Positions 51,180-62,559 of a DNA stretch of 64,000 nucleotides are shown here, one piece after another; the stretch's first letter is position 1, and the number at the start of each line of letters is the position of its first letter. This DNA comes from Raillietiella orientalis (lineage: Eukaryota): NCBI GenBank assembly GCA_036172245.1, contig JAYWIR010000009.1, forward strand, positions 3,782,001 to 3,846,000. Direction: 5' to 3'. The position numbers and the translations under genes are program-made. The notes under the pieces were generated by a model. The model ran no database searches. It was not told the origin of the DNA and saw only the letters and a list, made by a program, of their open reading frames with translations.

Positions 51180-51700
51180 TATGGAAACAGATGCTGCTTC
51201 TCCTGTGCTCAGTGTCGGTGGATTCAATGGGCACCATGGCCACTACCTCCCGTATGGATCCGTTGGAATATCGGATGCTGCAGCTACATCAGTGATGGTG
51301 ATGTCCACTAGTCGTGAGCGTTCTTACCGTGAAGCGGTGACCTTCAGCAGGAGGATAGGAGAAGGTCGACAGATCTCAGTGGCAGGTAGCTTACCAGGAA
51401 TTGGATGAGACGATAAATGACAATTTGGAACGGAAGGTGGAAGATGACAGAAGGTGTAGCTGAGATATGTATCGCAGCATCTCAAGATCGCTGAAATGAA
51501 AATCCATTAGGAGCACGGGATCCCATATGCGGAAGGATAATGAGACTGTCTTGACGTCAGCAAAGAAGAAAATAGGGCTTTTTCAGGAAAGCGAGGCATG
51601 AAGTGGAATGGAGGTGGTAGGTTGGATAGGTTCTTGTTCTCCAGCCAAATATCCTTGCTAAAGTGTTCAGTCGACGATGCAGTCTGCTATTTTTAGAAAA
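51180..51700 (+). mobile_element. LINE ORF1 end and APE fragments directly downstream of the tRNA-headed repeat
   Basis: CFSCAQC/GHHGH knuckle remnants and SYREAV. The frame from 51601 gives KWNGGGRLDRFLFSSQISLLKCSV (APE motif W...SRLDRFL.S). Confidence 0.55.
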
Positions 51701-51899
51701 TAGTACGATTGGATCCCAAAATGCTTCCGGATCAAATCAAGAATAAGAAGAGAGGATAAGAATTCGTGTCATCAGCACACATGGAATTTATTTATACATA
51801 CGAAATCACGCCTCATGGGTTTATTTTACGAATGGACCATGGCGAATGAACAGAGCCATGACCATTTCTCTGGAGTGACAAAACAACAACAAAAAAAAA

Positions 51900-53870
51900 A
51901 AAAACTGCGAAAAGAGAAAAGGCGGCGTTTATAACTGCATAAAGAAGTGAGAGGTAGATTTTTGGAAACAGTCAAGTATTGCAGGCAGAGCGATCACCGC
52001 TCCTCGTGAGCTCTTGCGCAACTCCTGCTCTCAAGTGCCCGGGGCAGGTCGTCCGTGTCGTTTGTTGAGACAGCGGTCAGGGAGGCTGATTTTCGTAGCG
52101 GCGCCCGTCCTCTCCGAGGAAGGGGCAACCCCGAGCAGATTACAGTGCAGTCATTGATTTTGATAGAGACTGTGCGTATGACGGGAGCAGGGGAATGACA
52201 CTCAGTAGCTGACCTTCACGAAACGCAGATGATGCTGACAGAGTCATCACTCGTTTGCTCGGGTGAACCAATCAGAAGGCGGCGGGATGTTCTTCGTTGG
52301 CTCCATAACAATAGGTCAGGTGGATTGGGTCAGGTTAGGTCCGGTTAGTTTGGGTTAGGTTTTGTAGAGTTTGGGTTACGTTGGGTTGTGCAGGTTAGGT
52401 TAAATAGGTTGGGTCGTATGGATTCGGTTAGGTCAGACAGGTTCAGGTAAGTCAGGTTAGGTTAGATAGGTTAGGTAAATCATGTTTGGTTTGTTGAGGT
52501 TGAGTACGTAGACTTGGGTTAGATTAGGGTAGGTTAGGTTAGCGTCCACTTTCCATGCATCCACTTGCTGGGAAGGGGCCGTCGACCTTCGTTGTGAAGG
52601 ATGCTCAATAAATAATCGGGAATACTACTGGAATAATGGACCGCGAATTGAATCCCATCTCGAGATGGACTGGAGGATGATGCCAGAGTTTCCCCTCAAT
52701 TTTCCCAAACCTGGATTGTCGAAGTCGATGGAGGGATCACGGATGGTGTTACACAGTATGTGGGAGATCGAATGCTCGCGTTTGATAGATGAGACTCACT
52801 CTGTGCTTTTGTGAGTCGACGGGATTTGGCGCTAAACTTTCAAAGAGAGAGGACTGGATTGATGAGGTCATCAATTTTCTTGATCACAAAGGTTGGAATT
52901 CTCACGATTTTTCCTTTGTAAGAGGGAGCGTATTCCCGTGTTCAGAGTAGCAAGGGTCGGGAAGAGTTGCATCTTTTTAGTTAGAGTGAATCTTTCATGC
53001 CCGAGAAGAGGGGTCCATGATGAATGCAATCAGTGCAAGGGTGGCCTTGGTTAGTCACAGTTCCAGTGCCCCATGACCATGATGGGTCCGTTTCTCAAGT
53101 TCAGCGCATCCTGAAGAGAGTGGCGAAAACCTGAGAGAGAGGTCAGATGAAGACATGACCACGAGCCAGTTTGCTTCTTCGTTAGCCATGGGGGGTGTAG
53201 ACCGGGAAGAAACCGCCCACGACGAAAAATAGGAACTGCATGGAAGACCGAAGACGATGTAAACTCATTCTTGGGTGAAGGGTGGGGGCGTGCAGGGTGT
53301 GTTTAGGTCTCAAAACGTGTACCATGGTGATCGCAGCTCACGAGAAGCACTTCAGCACCCATTTGTTTACCTTGATGCAGTATGATGGCCTGATTAGAGA
53401 TCCGGATGTTCGGACCATCCTCTTAGGGAGTTGTCATGCACAGTAGTTGCAAAAAGGTCGGTCTTTCGATCCAGTAGAATCGTCGGCCCACTTGGTAGGT
53501 GGGTATCGCTTGGTAGGTGCGATCCATGTCCACCGAGACGGAACTGTTTAGCGAGTGACAGTTCCGCATGTGCGCCTGGCCGCTGGGTCCAGGAATTCGA
53601 GTTACAATGCCATCTGTTAAGAAGGTAACCTTCCTGCCTTGCAGGGAGCGCTGGGAGCGGCTGCTCGCAGCGCTGACGCAGCTCACTTGAGGCACGAGGG
53701 ACGCGAGAACTGTGCTGTCTTCTCTCCCTCTCATGATGGAGCCGCCGTCGGGAACCGCCGGATTTCATTAAGCTCAGAGAGAGTAAACACTTCGTGCCAG
53801 CGTCTGTGGTCAGTCCGGGTCACAAACTGACGGCTGACGAGAGCTGCTACGAATGCAGCCGGACCGTGCA
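51900..53870 (-). mobile_element. Decayed LINE RT-to-3' end relic
   Basis: LPALPARQEGYLLNR resembles LP.LI..Q.GF..GR. SVSVDMDRTY resembles LD.EKAFD. IVRIPTFVIKKIDDLI is thumb-like. The C-terminus resembles the other copies. Confidence 0.55.
52312..52542 (+). repeat. Degenerate (TTAGG)n arthropod-telomere-like tract 1
   Basis: About 230 bp of 5-bp periodic TTAGG/TCAGG/TTGGG units. Confidence 0.85.
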
Positions 53871-54669
53871 AGGAGAATGCTGAGAGATGGAGGGGGGGGG
53901 GGGGATTAGGTTATGACGGACCGGGAGCCGGAAGACGGGATCTTGTTTTCTTCTGTTAAGAGTACGAATCCACAGGGATTCATTATGGATGGAGCATCCA
54001 GGGATGTAAACCAATGTGAATATTTGTTGTCTGATAGACTTGGAGGTCGATGCATGATAAAAAAAAAAAAAAAGGAAAAAAAAATCCTGGAGTTTTTCAG
54101 TAATCCATCTAGAAATTGAGATCAAAGTCGAGCTTACAGGAGAATGATTGAGGGCAGAAGGAGTGGGGGACGGAGCACGAAGAGATCAAACGTAATGGGA
54201 TGGAGTGGCGAGAAGACGGCTATTGATCATCAGCAACCGAGAAAATCATTTTGAGATTGAGAAGTGATGCATGCAGGAAGAGAAACGTGCTCCAGATTTG
54301 GAATGGAACCCTCATGGAGATGGCTTAGGAAAAGGGGTCACACAGAAGAGTGAATGGCAGCAGGGAAAGGCGGTGAGTTCGATTCTCGCTCTCGTGGAAA
54401 CTTTCCAGCTCTGACGGCGTTCAGCTAGGAGAGGTACAGCAGCGGGTCCAGAGGCAGAGGATCAATAAATCAGCTGCTTCATGAATTTATCAACATGTAC
54501 TGAGGCTGCCGAGTACCAATGATGCTTACCAGCTTAACTCGGCTTCTGCAAACTTGGAGGGCACTTAGAGGGCATTTTCAGGAGCACATTGTGAATTACG
54601 CTGTGAGGAAAGATGCTCCATCTGTAGACATGTACAGTTCCAGGACTCAGTAACCGGCTAATCTAGCAG

Positions 54670-54732
54670 TGGGTGAGTTAGGTTAGGTTAGGTGGGGTGA
54701 GATCAGTTCAGGTTGAGTAGGTCAGGTTAGGT
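54670..54732 (+). repeat. Degenerate (TTAGG)n tract 2
   Basis: GTTAGGTTAGGTTAGG core with degenerate 5-mer flanks. Confidence 0.8.
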
Positions 54733-55851
54733 GTATATCCAGTTGCCCTGCAGCCAGTTGCTGAGAAGAAGCTGCCCTCTTCTTTTGTAAGGAACGTTCG
54801 AGACAGAATCGATCCATAGTGGAGGAACAATGGATAGAGAATAGAATCCCAAGTTGAACTGAGTTTCAAGATAATCTCTGAGCCAACCCTCTGATAGCCT
54901 TCGAATGGTTTCTTGCTTTCGGGTACTTTGGATGATTTCATCCCGGTGAAGGAAATCTCGTTATGCACAACGGGGTGACGGATTCTGCAGTTTCGGTTTT
55001 GTTTCCAATCTCCGAGGATACCCTCTACTGAGATGCTTCGTGTGATGGAACATCAACACAGGAGTGTTGCTGAGTTCTTCAACTTCCCAGGTTGAGATAC
55101 ATCTTGGTCGCATCTTGGCGATTGAGAGGAAAAAGCGAGTTGTGGGGTCTTCGCGGGAAAGGGTCATGACATTCGAGTGCTGGTTACGAGGTGCTCGGGT
55201 CCGAAACGAAGCAAGTCGCTCCGTGACGACAGCATCTGGAAGATGAATCAAGCAGCTGTTGCAAAATTTTCCTTCTCACATCTATACATAAAAGCGCAAT
55301 TTCAAGAAACTTCAGGAATGTTCTCTGAAAATTTGCCACGATTTCCAAGCATCTTAAAAAAGTTATGAAGAGACATCCTTAGGAAATGGGATGGTGTAAG
55401 GAGATGCAGCATTAAAGAATCATGGAAGTGCTCTTCATCAAAAAGACGTAAATGCCGATGATTACCGAAGCGGAAGTACCAGGGATCACGGAATGACGAT
55501 AAGAATGCCATGAGTTGCATAGCAACCTGGGTCACGCGGACCACATTCGGCCTGTTGAGACAAAGAGGCTGCTCGCCTCTAATCTATTCCATGTAAGCAG
55601 ATGGAGGAAGTAGCATCCACAAGATTTAAAAGGCGGTGGCGTTGGCAACACCAAGAATCGAATTTTTCATGTTTGGGACGCCCCTACGCAACCAAACGTA
55701 AACGCAGACCTCGAGGAGTCGTTCTTGCCTCTAGCAAGGAACACTTTCTTCTGATTATGCCGATATAATTTCACGCACCAGCATTCGAATTACGGCACTG
55801 CATAAATGCTGAAATAGGGACAGACGGAAAGAAAGGCTTCCACGATCTTGC

Positions 55852-56035
55852 TTGCTCACCTCATCTTCTCTCCTCAGCCTGTGATTTCGAAGGTTCCATC
55901 ATGGGGAAGCGGCACACCACGGGCAAGTCAGGTAGGTCCAGCTAGGTTACATAGGTAATGTGATGTAGGGTAAGGTGAGGTGAGGTCCTTTGCCTGCCTC
56001 ATCTCCACTTCTCACCCTGTGATTTCGAAGGTTCC
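55852..56035 (+). repeat. Degenerate TTAGG-like tract 3 (55924-55987) inside a 92-bp insert flanked by 46-bp direct repeats
   Basis: 55852-55897 and 55990-56035 match at 39/46 positions, with the last 20 bp identical (CCTGTGATTTCGAAGGTTCC). Confidence 0.75.
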
Positions 56036-57059
56036 GAGATAGCGCCCCGTCCGGTGCTCCCGGTAGACACTTCGGGGATATTTTGTGTTCGAGTGCACCA
56101 ACTCTTTTCTAATGCGCTCCTCCCTGCTCCTTGGAACCTTGCAACCTCCCCAACACTTCAGCATCCCTCGAATCCCAGGATATAACCAGGGGTTTTCAGA
56201 AGTTCAAGAACTGCTTGACGGTAGCGGGCGCTCTTCCAGATGGAAAGAAGTTCATTGGGTGGCAGGAGATCCATAGTTGGACTTCCACAGGCCCCATGTC
56301 AGCAAGTCGGCTTGCCTTTCCATGGCACTGAAAAGTGACCTCAAGGACAGTCGATGCTAACTGTGTTCACCCCTTTCCCTCCTGAAATGCCAGTTCCACT
56401 CCTTCCCAGTTGGCGGCTACCAACTCCCACTGCTCCAGAGCAGCCTTCAAGCAGTGAACACACATCTGGCGTGGGAGAGAGAAAATCGCTTGCTAGAAGA
56501 GAAGCACCAGTTCCTCCAAGGTAAAGTCAGTTCTTTTGGGCAGAGTGTATCATGGCGGTCTTCTTGAAGCCACGGAAGCAGCAGCCGCACAAACCAACTC
56601 TCATCCTAGCGGCAGAGCAGCGCGAATGAGCTCCTCCTCCTCAGATTTCTCGTCAGATCTTCACGAACGCGGCTCTCGCCTTCGTAAGAGGCACCCCTGG
56701 TGGATGGTCTCACGGAAACGTGAGAGGTCAGATGCGGGACAACTTACTTTTAAAGGAGGGAGGGAGAAGGGGTGAGTGATCTGCAACGAGGAACGGATGG
56801 CAAGACGGTAAGAACCCTGACAGATCGAGGATGTTTTTTGCCTCTTGCTTTTCCCGGTAGCTGCAAGCTGGACGCCTAGGTGCAGCAGAACGGATGGACC
56901 GAAGAGCGCAGCTTCCACGGAAGACCCATCTCGTGATGTCGAGCGGAGCCTTGAAGGGACGCTCCGAACTGGCGGGAAGTTCACAGCACGAGGGGGGAGG
57001 GAAGGGGGGGTCGGCAGCTGCGTGAACCGGTGGCGCAAGCGCTGTCGAGAAAGCCACCC

Positions 57060-57850
57060 GGTGTTACCCGGTCACACCGGGACTTTATTTTAGAAAAACA
57101 TAAACCAGTTGGGAACACACGTTCCCAGCCGAGGACAACAAAAAAAAAGTCAGGGTCAAGCGGCACGCACTTCGGGATAATGGGCAGTCCGAAACGGGAG
57201 GGGGACAAGGGGACAACAAAAATAAATTAAATTGGGTGGGATGAGGCAGAGATCTTTGGATTTGCTCCTAGCGCAAGGGATGAAAACGAAAAAAACACCG
57301 GGGAAATTGCAGAGCGGAAAGCGATAGGGAACGGAAATAAATAAATAAAGGGGTGCAGGGAATCAGGATCACCGGAATCCGCCGTTCCTAACGATCACCG
57401 ACCGGTTTTGTATGCCGGTGATCTCCTCCTTCGTCTCTTCTCCCAGGTGAGGCCACCTTGCAGCCGCCCTGATGTAGGCGGCTGCCATCGTGGTGACCTC
57501 CCTGCGCTGCGCGGAGGTCTCCAGCACATGTGGAGCCGTGACGGCGGATGGCGCGGATGCTACCCACGGTTGCGATCACCGCGCCAGTTTCTCTGCGTCT
57601 CTTCCTCACCCCGCGGACGATCCCAGAGACTCTTTGAGGCCCCTCTTCGCGCGGGACGCCATGACGCCCGCAGCCGCAATGGCAGCTCTGTATTCGTGGT
57701 GCGCGGTATCGTCGCGGCGAAGCGCGGCGCCGAGAGAGGCCGCAGCGACCGGGAGGGCTGTCCTGCACGCCATCCGCTTCCTACAGATAGTTTTGACGTG
57801 GCCCACCTGGAAAGGGAGAAGGAGGAGCTCGCCAGCATCCTTCAACGGAT
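57060..57850 (-). mobile_element. LINE 3'-end relic with 3' UTR and terminal hairpins
   Basis: EVTTMAAAYIRAAARWPHL C-terminus. The 3' UTR (57060-57210) is homologous to 61740-61870 in the opposite orientation. Confidence 0.7.
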
Positions 57851-57949
57851 GCAGAGGCCCCACCCACCACGAAATGTGACCCCTTCCCTTCCCCCCAACT
57901 AATTTTTTGCTGCTGTTGTTGTTGTTTGTTATAGTTTGTATTCATTTTC

Positions 57950-58560
57950 TATTTCTGTTTCATCCCCCTTCCCCTTCGTGGACGTGATGGACCTCTCCGG
58001 TCCCACCCTTCTTTCCAGCGTAATAATTGGAATCGGTGGGCCATCGGCTCCATCGATTGCTGAAGGAGAATAAACGCCCCGGTGCACCCGGGTGTGGAAT
58101 CACCGCGCCAGTAGGGAGTCCTCCCGGTGCGACGAATCGTCGCAGCACATCTCGAGCGGCGCCCTCCTGGCGCAGGAGTGCTGCTGCCAGCTTCCGCCAC
58201 AGTTCCTGGAAAGCGCCGCAGTCTAAAAGCAGGTGCGGCGGGATCAACTCCACCGACCAGGGAAAGTCGACCTCAAGCAGGCGCGCAACCGACGGAGCTA
58301 CGAAGGCATATATCCGGGTTAAAAAGAAGAGAGCTGGCGCGCGCAACGGTTCGTTTGCGCAGGGACTGTTTTCTGAGAAGCGAGTCCCAACGAGGCGGCG
58401 GCACGGAGCTCCGCGCCAGCAATATTTCCGTCCTGCGGCAGCAGAGCACGATGGAACCATACTGGTGGAGTTGACTTCCCGGTGCTCCTCCTACGAGGAC
58501 AAGCTCCAGGCTCAGCGATTGCTGAAGAACGTCCTCTGGGGACCTTTGTGATCCGCCTCA
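57950..58560 (-). mobile_element. LINE zinc-finger/C-terminal relic
   Basis: PHLLLDCGAFQELWRKLAAALL, homologous to the 47.3 kb and 61.2 kb copies. Confidence 0.7.
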
Positions 58561-59089
58561 AAAGACTAGGTGGAGAAAACCGGGACGCAGGCGGTGCAGC
58601 CCCTACTGCTGGCCCCTTGCGCACAGATCGGGGAAGTCCATAATTTGGCGCGGAGGCATCTGCCTTCGGAGATGCACCGGCAGCGAAGAACGGCTCTCGC
58701 TGCTGCCGGACACCGGTCACAGGATGCGGGAATTCGGCCTTCCTCCGAGGCAGCTCGTCTTTCTAGTGGAAGCTCAAACATGGATCCCCTGCGCCCAATG
58801 AACCTCTCCAGTGCCTGGAGTCAGGAGGCCATTGAGTCTTGGGCTGCATTCCAGAGAATGCGCTCGGAGGAACTTTGTTTGCCCCCTGCCCCACTTTCCT
58901 TCCCAACCATTGGTAGTGGTGATGCAGGGCACGGTGAAGTGGTCGAGCCTGGCCTCCACACCTCCCGCTGCAGCGACTGTTTGTCCTCAGAGCAAGAGGC
59001 GACAGTAGCCTACCTGCGATCTGGGAGTTTTTTCTGCATCTTCGCAGGAAAGACAAAACTCCTTGGCTGTTGGACGAAGCGCGAGTTAA

Positions 59090-60900
59090 TTGACACCCGG
59101 TCACTCCGGGGCATTCATTTATAAAATAAACATCTACGTCTGTGGAAGGACGTTCGGTCCTGCCACGTTATATGGATAAACGGAAGGAATCTGCCGAGAA
59201 CCGGCGCGCAGGCCGGCGAGGTTCGCCTCGGCCGCACAAGGAAAGAGCAGACAAACAGAAAGAAAAATAGAAGCAAACGCACACAAAAAAGTGGGGTGTT
59301 CGGGAAGGGATCACTGTGTGCTGGAGGGTGTCCTCTTTATCCTTGTAAGGATGCCGCCAAGTTACTGTTTCGAGGCTCCCAGATGGGGCCATTTCAGAAG
59401 GGGCTATACTTATGAAGAGGACCACAAAATACATGGTGTCCTATCGTCCTGGACTCCTCTGGCGTTGCTCCATGTGGCTACGATCCCTCTGCATGGGCAG
59501 CACAACGCTGCTGAGGATGCTGCCGGCGTGAGGGCTCCGCGAAGGAAAAGGCTCTTAAGAACGTCTCTGGGGTTCCGCAGGGACGCAGCAAAGCGTCTCC
59601 AAAGTAGTCAGAGGGCAACACAGTCCACTAGGAGGTGAGGGAGGGATTCTCTCTCCCCGCACCTGGCACAGTTTGGATCCATCCCTTCCCTCCATGTCCA
59701 GTGATGCCGGCGGGCGATGCATGGGAGGTCCCAGTGCAGCAGCAGAAGAGTCGAAACTCCTGCCACTTTAAGGGGAGGGTGCGGGTGTTCATGAGCACCA
59801 GGGAACACTGCAGGACTTCCTCCAGAATACCCAGTAGCACGCTCCAACGCAAAAGTCCATGAGGTCGAGCACTCGGGGTCACAGAGTCAGTGAGCTGGCC
59901 CATCGTCCACTCTTCCAGTCCCTTCCTCTTTCCGGAATTTCCCGAGTAACCTCCCATCTAGCCGCAAGCCTGCTGCCCATGTTGACACGAAGCACGAGTC
60001 AGTAGATGCTGCCACTCTGCGTATCCTCGCGACGGGACTCCTTCGATGAAGCCAAATTCTGAGTATTGGCCCCGAGGAACTTGTGGTCCCTCCCCAATGC
60101 CTGGACGCTTCTGCGCTCCCGCTGTCCTGGAAGCAGTCTGCGCTGCTCTTTGTGCACCGGGCAACTTTGAAAATGCGCCCATCAAAACTGCGACTGATGC
60201 AGAATCTTCTACGCAAATCGCTGGGAAATCTTCAGAATTGGACGCAGCGGTTACGAATAGCCGTCACGCCCCTTGCCTCAGCTCTGTCTTCCCTCAGGGC
60301 AAGGAATGACAGCAGCCAACCGGCGGAGTGGGAGTTGCCCTGAAACATTTCAGGAGTCGAAAAACGCCTGCAGCACGGTCGCAAGATGAGCGAGTTGGTG
60401 GACGGCGTCACTCCTCGTTTCCGGGCAACGGGACTCTTTCGGTGATGTGACATGCTCGGTGTGCTCCCCTCCAAGAAATCGTGGTCCCTCCCCTGTGTGC
60501 GATCACTACGGTGCTACCTCTACGGTGGAAACGGGATGGCCTGCTGTTTCTGCCCTGGGGGATTCCAGTGCAACCAGCGCAGACATCGGCTTTCCGGAGG
60601 AATTGCCTCCCCTGTGCTTCTCCTCCAGGTGCGGGGCGATGGAGTCGCTCCCGGGCACCTTTTGTTGGGCTCCGGTGCCCTGGAGGACTTGTGACGGAGA
60701 CTCGCTTCGGCTCTCCGACAGCAGCAGGACGCCGCTTTGGAATTGAAGCGGCTCTTCTTTGCAGAAAGCGGCTTGAAGAAGAGCTCTGTGCCGGAGTCGG
60801 GTTCGCGGAGAAGAGAGGTCGTCAGCATGGCAGCAGTCCTCATGAAGACAGCAGCAAGTGGCCTCGTTTGCCAGAAGAAGTCGACAGGGGATATTCACCA
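59090..60900 (-). mobile_element. LINE RT C-terminal half, zinc finger and 3' end relic
   Basis: TLPLKWQEF.. and LLLLHWDLPCIARRHHWTWREGMDPNCARCGERESLPHLLVDCVAL (zf-RVT-like C-x2-C-x7-H-x4-C). Terminal hairpin at 59096-59110. Confidence 0.8.
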
Positions 60901-61149
60901 TCCAGAGCCGCTTCTAGAAACGTCTTTTACCAAAGACCCCTGTCCTCACCATCCCGCCTTTCCTTTTTATTCATTTATTGCCCCCCCCCTCCGTTTCCTA
61001 CTTTTTGAAAGCCGGCCTGAGTACTGGTAGTTATCCCGGATGAAGTTTTTCTTTTCTTCTGGCATTTCCCGTTTTTGAAGGAGACACTTCTTCCTCTCTT
61101 CCTTGTAGTTTTTTTTTTTTTTTTCTAAATAAACGTCCCGGAAACAACC

Positions 61150-61875
61150 TGGCAACTGAACAAAACAAAAACCTGGCAACTGTCCATTGCAACGGGCGTT
61201 GTCACTTTCGTTTCCACAGGGGTTGCCACCCCCAAACTGTGCCAGGCGTCGATTCCGCCGCACCTATTTTCCGACTGCGGTGCTCTCCTCCAACTGTGGA
61301 GACCAGCGTCTTGCTCCTGCGCCAGGAAGGCCACCGCCCTTGGTCTTCTGCGACGGTTTTTCGTGTCCAACGGACTCTCAGCCGCAACGATGGATGGCAC
61401 CGATGGATGCTGGTTGCATTCGTGCCATCGCCACAGCCCGCCACTTGCTGGAGACGACCACACAGCGGAGGGAGGTCACCGGGATGGCAGCTGCCTACAT
61501 GAGGACGGTTGCAAAAAGTGAAGGAGGGGATCGCTGGCGTCCAGCGCCGCTTCTGAACAGCAGGCAACGGTGACCCCTGTTCGCAGCCTCCCTCAATTTT
61601 TTTCCCTCATTTCCACTTCTTTTCGCTCTGTACCTTTCCTGGATTTGTACGTTGACCCCGGTGTATAGGTAGTGAACCCAAGCACTCCTGCCCTATCCTC
61701 CCGGGTTCCCTCATTTTTTTCGTGTTGTCCCTTCTCTTCTCTTCCGTTCCGGACTTTCCGATATCCCGATCTGCGTGTCCGCGGACCCTTTTCCTGAAAT
61801 TCTCCTCCGTCCTCGGTTGGGAACCATTGGTTCGTTTTCGTGAGATGGACATCCCGGTGCAAACGGGTGAAAAAC
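61150..61875 (+). mobile_element. LINE 3'-end relic
   Basis: PNCAR..HLFSDCGALLQLW (frameshifted), EVTGMAAAYMRTVAK, pyrimidine-rich 3' UTR and terminal CCCGGTGCAAACGGG. Confidence 0.7.
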
Positions 61876-62559
61876 CTCCCAGTGCTCAAGCGGACCGCTC
61901 CAAACCTCCGCTGCCCCCACTCGAGGACTGGGTAAGGGTCGCGTCAGGATCGAAAGGAGGTCGAAGAGAGGAAGGGGTAGGGGGGGCGTCCATCGCAAGG
62001 AAACGGACGTTCTCCCGGAGGAAGGGAGGATGCACGCAGGAAAAATTCGTTCCGAGCCTCCCGCCCCGAGGGTGCTCGGTTAGCTGAGAGGGACCGGAGA
62101 TTTTTTTTGTTCCGAGGGCACCCAAGCCATCGAGATGGGCGGTTCGGTGACTGACGCTCGTCAATCATGGCTCAGCTTTGTCAAATGATATTATCTTTCC
62201 GCGGGGGCGGAAGCGGAGGCGGTTGGCCGACCCCTTCGTCTCAGCTGCCGCCTTCTCCCCAAGGCGAAGGGATCATTACTGAGGGTGAAATGGGTCCTAG
62301 GTTCCCGCAACGGAAATTTCTCGTTGCCGTTTACTTCCTATTGAGCTGCACATCCACAAGAGTCCCCTTCATCCCAGATTATCGGTTTGGCGTCGGATGT
62401 TCAACCGCGCGCTCGCCGATCATCCGTGTCCTCTGTCCCTGCAATTTCCGTGGTTACGGGTTTCGTTGGGCTGGTTCATCCGGAGCCTGCAGAGTGGGTG
62501 GTGCCACTTCTAGCCACTCCCCTTCGTCAGTGGTGTTTGCTGACGGCGGCGAGAAATTC

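Larger units (their letters stand above)
54130..56700 (-). mobile_element. Decayed LINE relic from ORF1 through linker and RT
   Basis: Minus-strand motifs in order: RDPWYFRFGNHRHLRLFDEEHF, SREDPTTRFFLSIAKMR (linker), TGMKSSKVPESKKPFEGYQ (resembles M..KSPG.DG...EFY), HSVIHNVLLKM, KMIFSVADD (ADD at 54234-54226). Confidence 0.65.

Noticed and set aside
52312..52542. TTAGG tracts as spliceosomal introns in the minus-strand LINE (CTAAC branch-like repeats)
   Set aside because: No convincing GT...AG boundaries or polypyrimidine tract.
58027..58551. Plus-strand ORF resembling an R2-type restriction-like endonuclease (…ILVELTSRCSSYEDKL)
   Set aside because: The conserved reading is on the minus strand (PHLLLDC zinc finger shared with other copies), and the family carries APE motifs.
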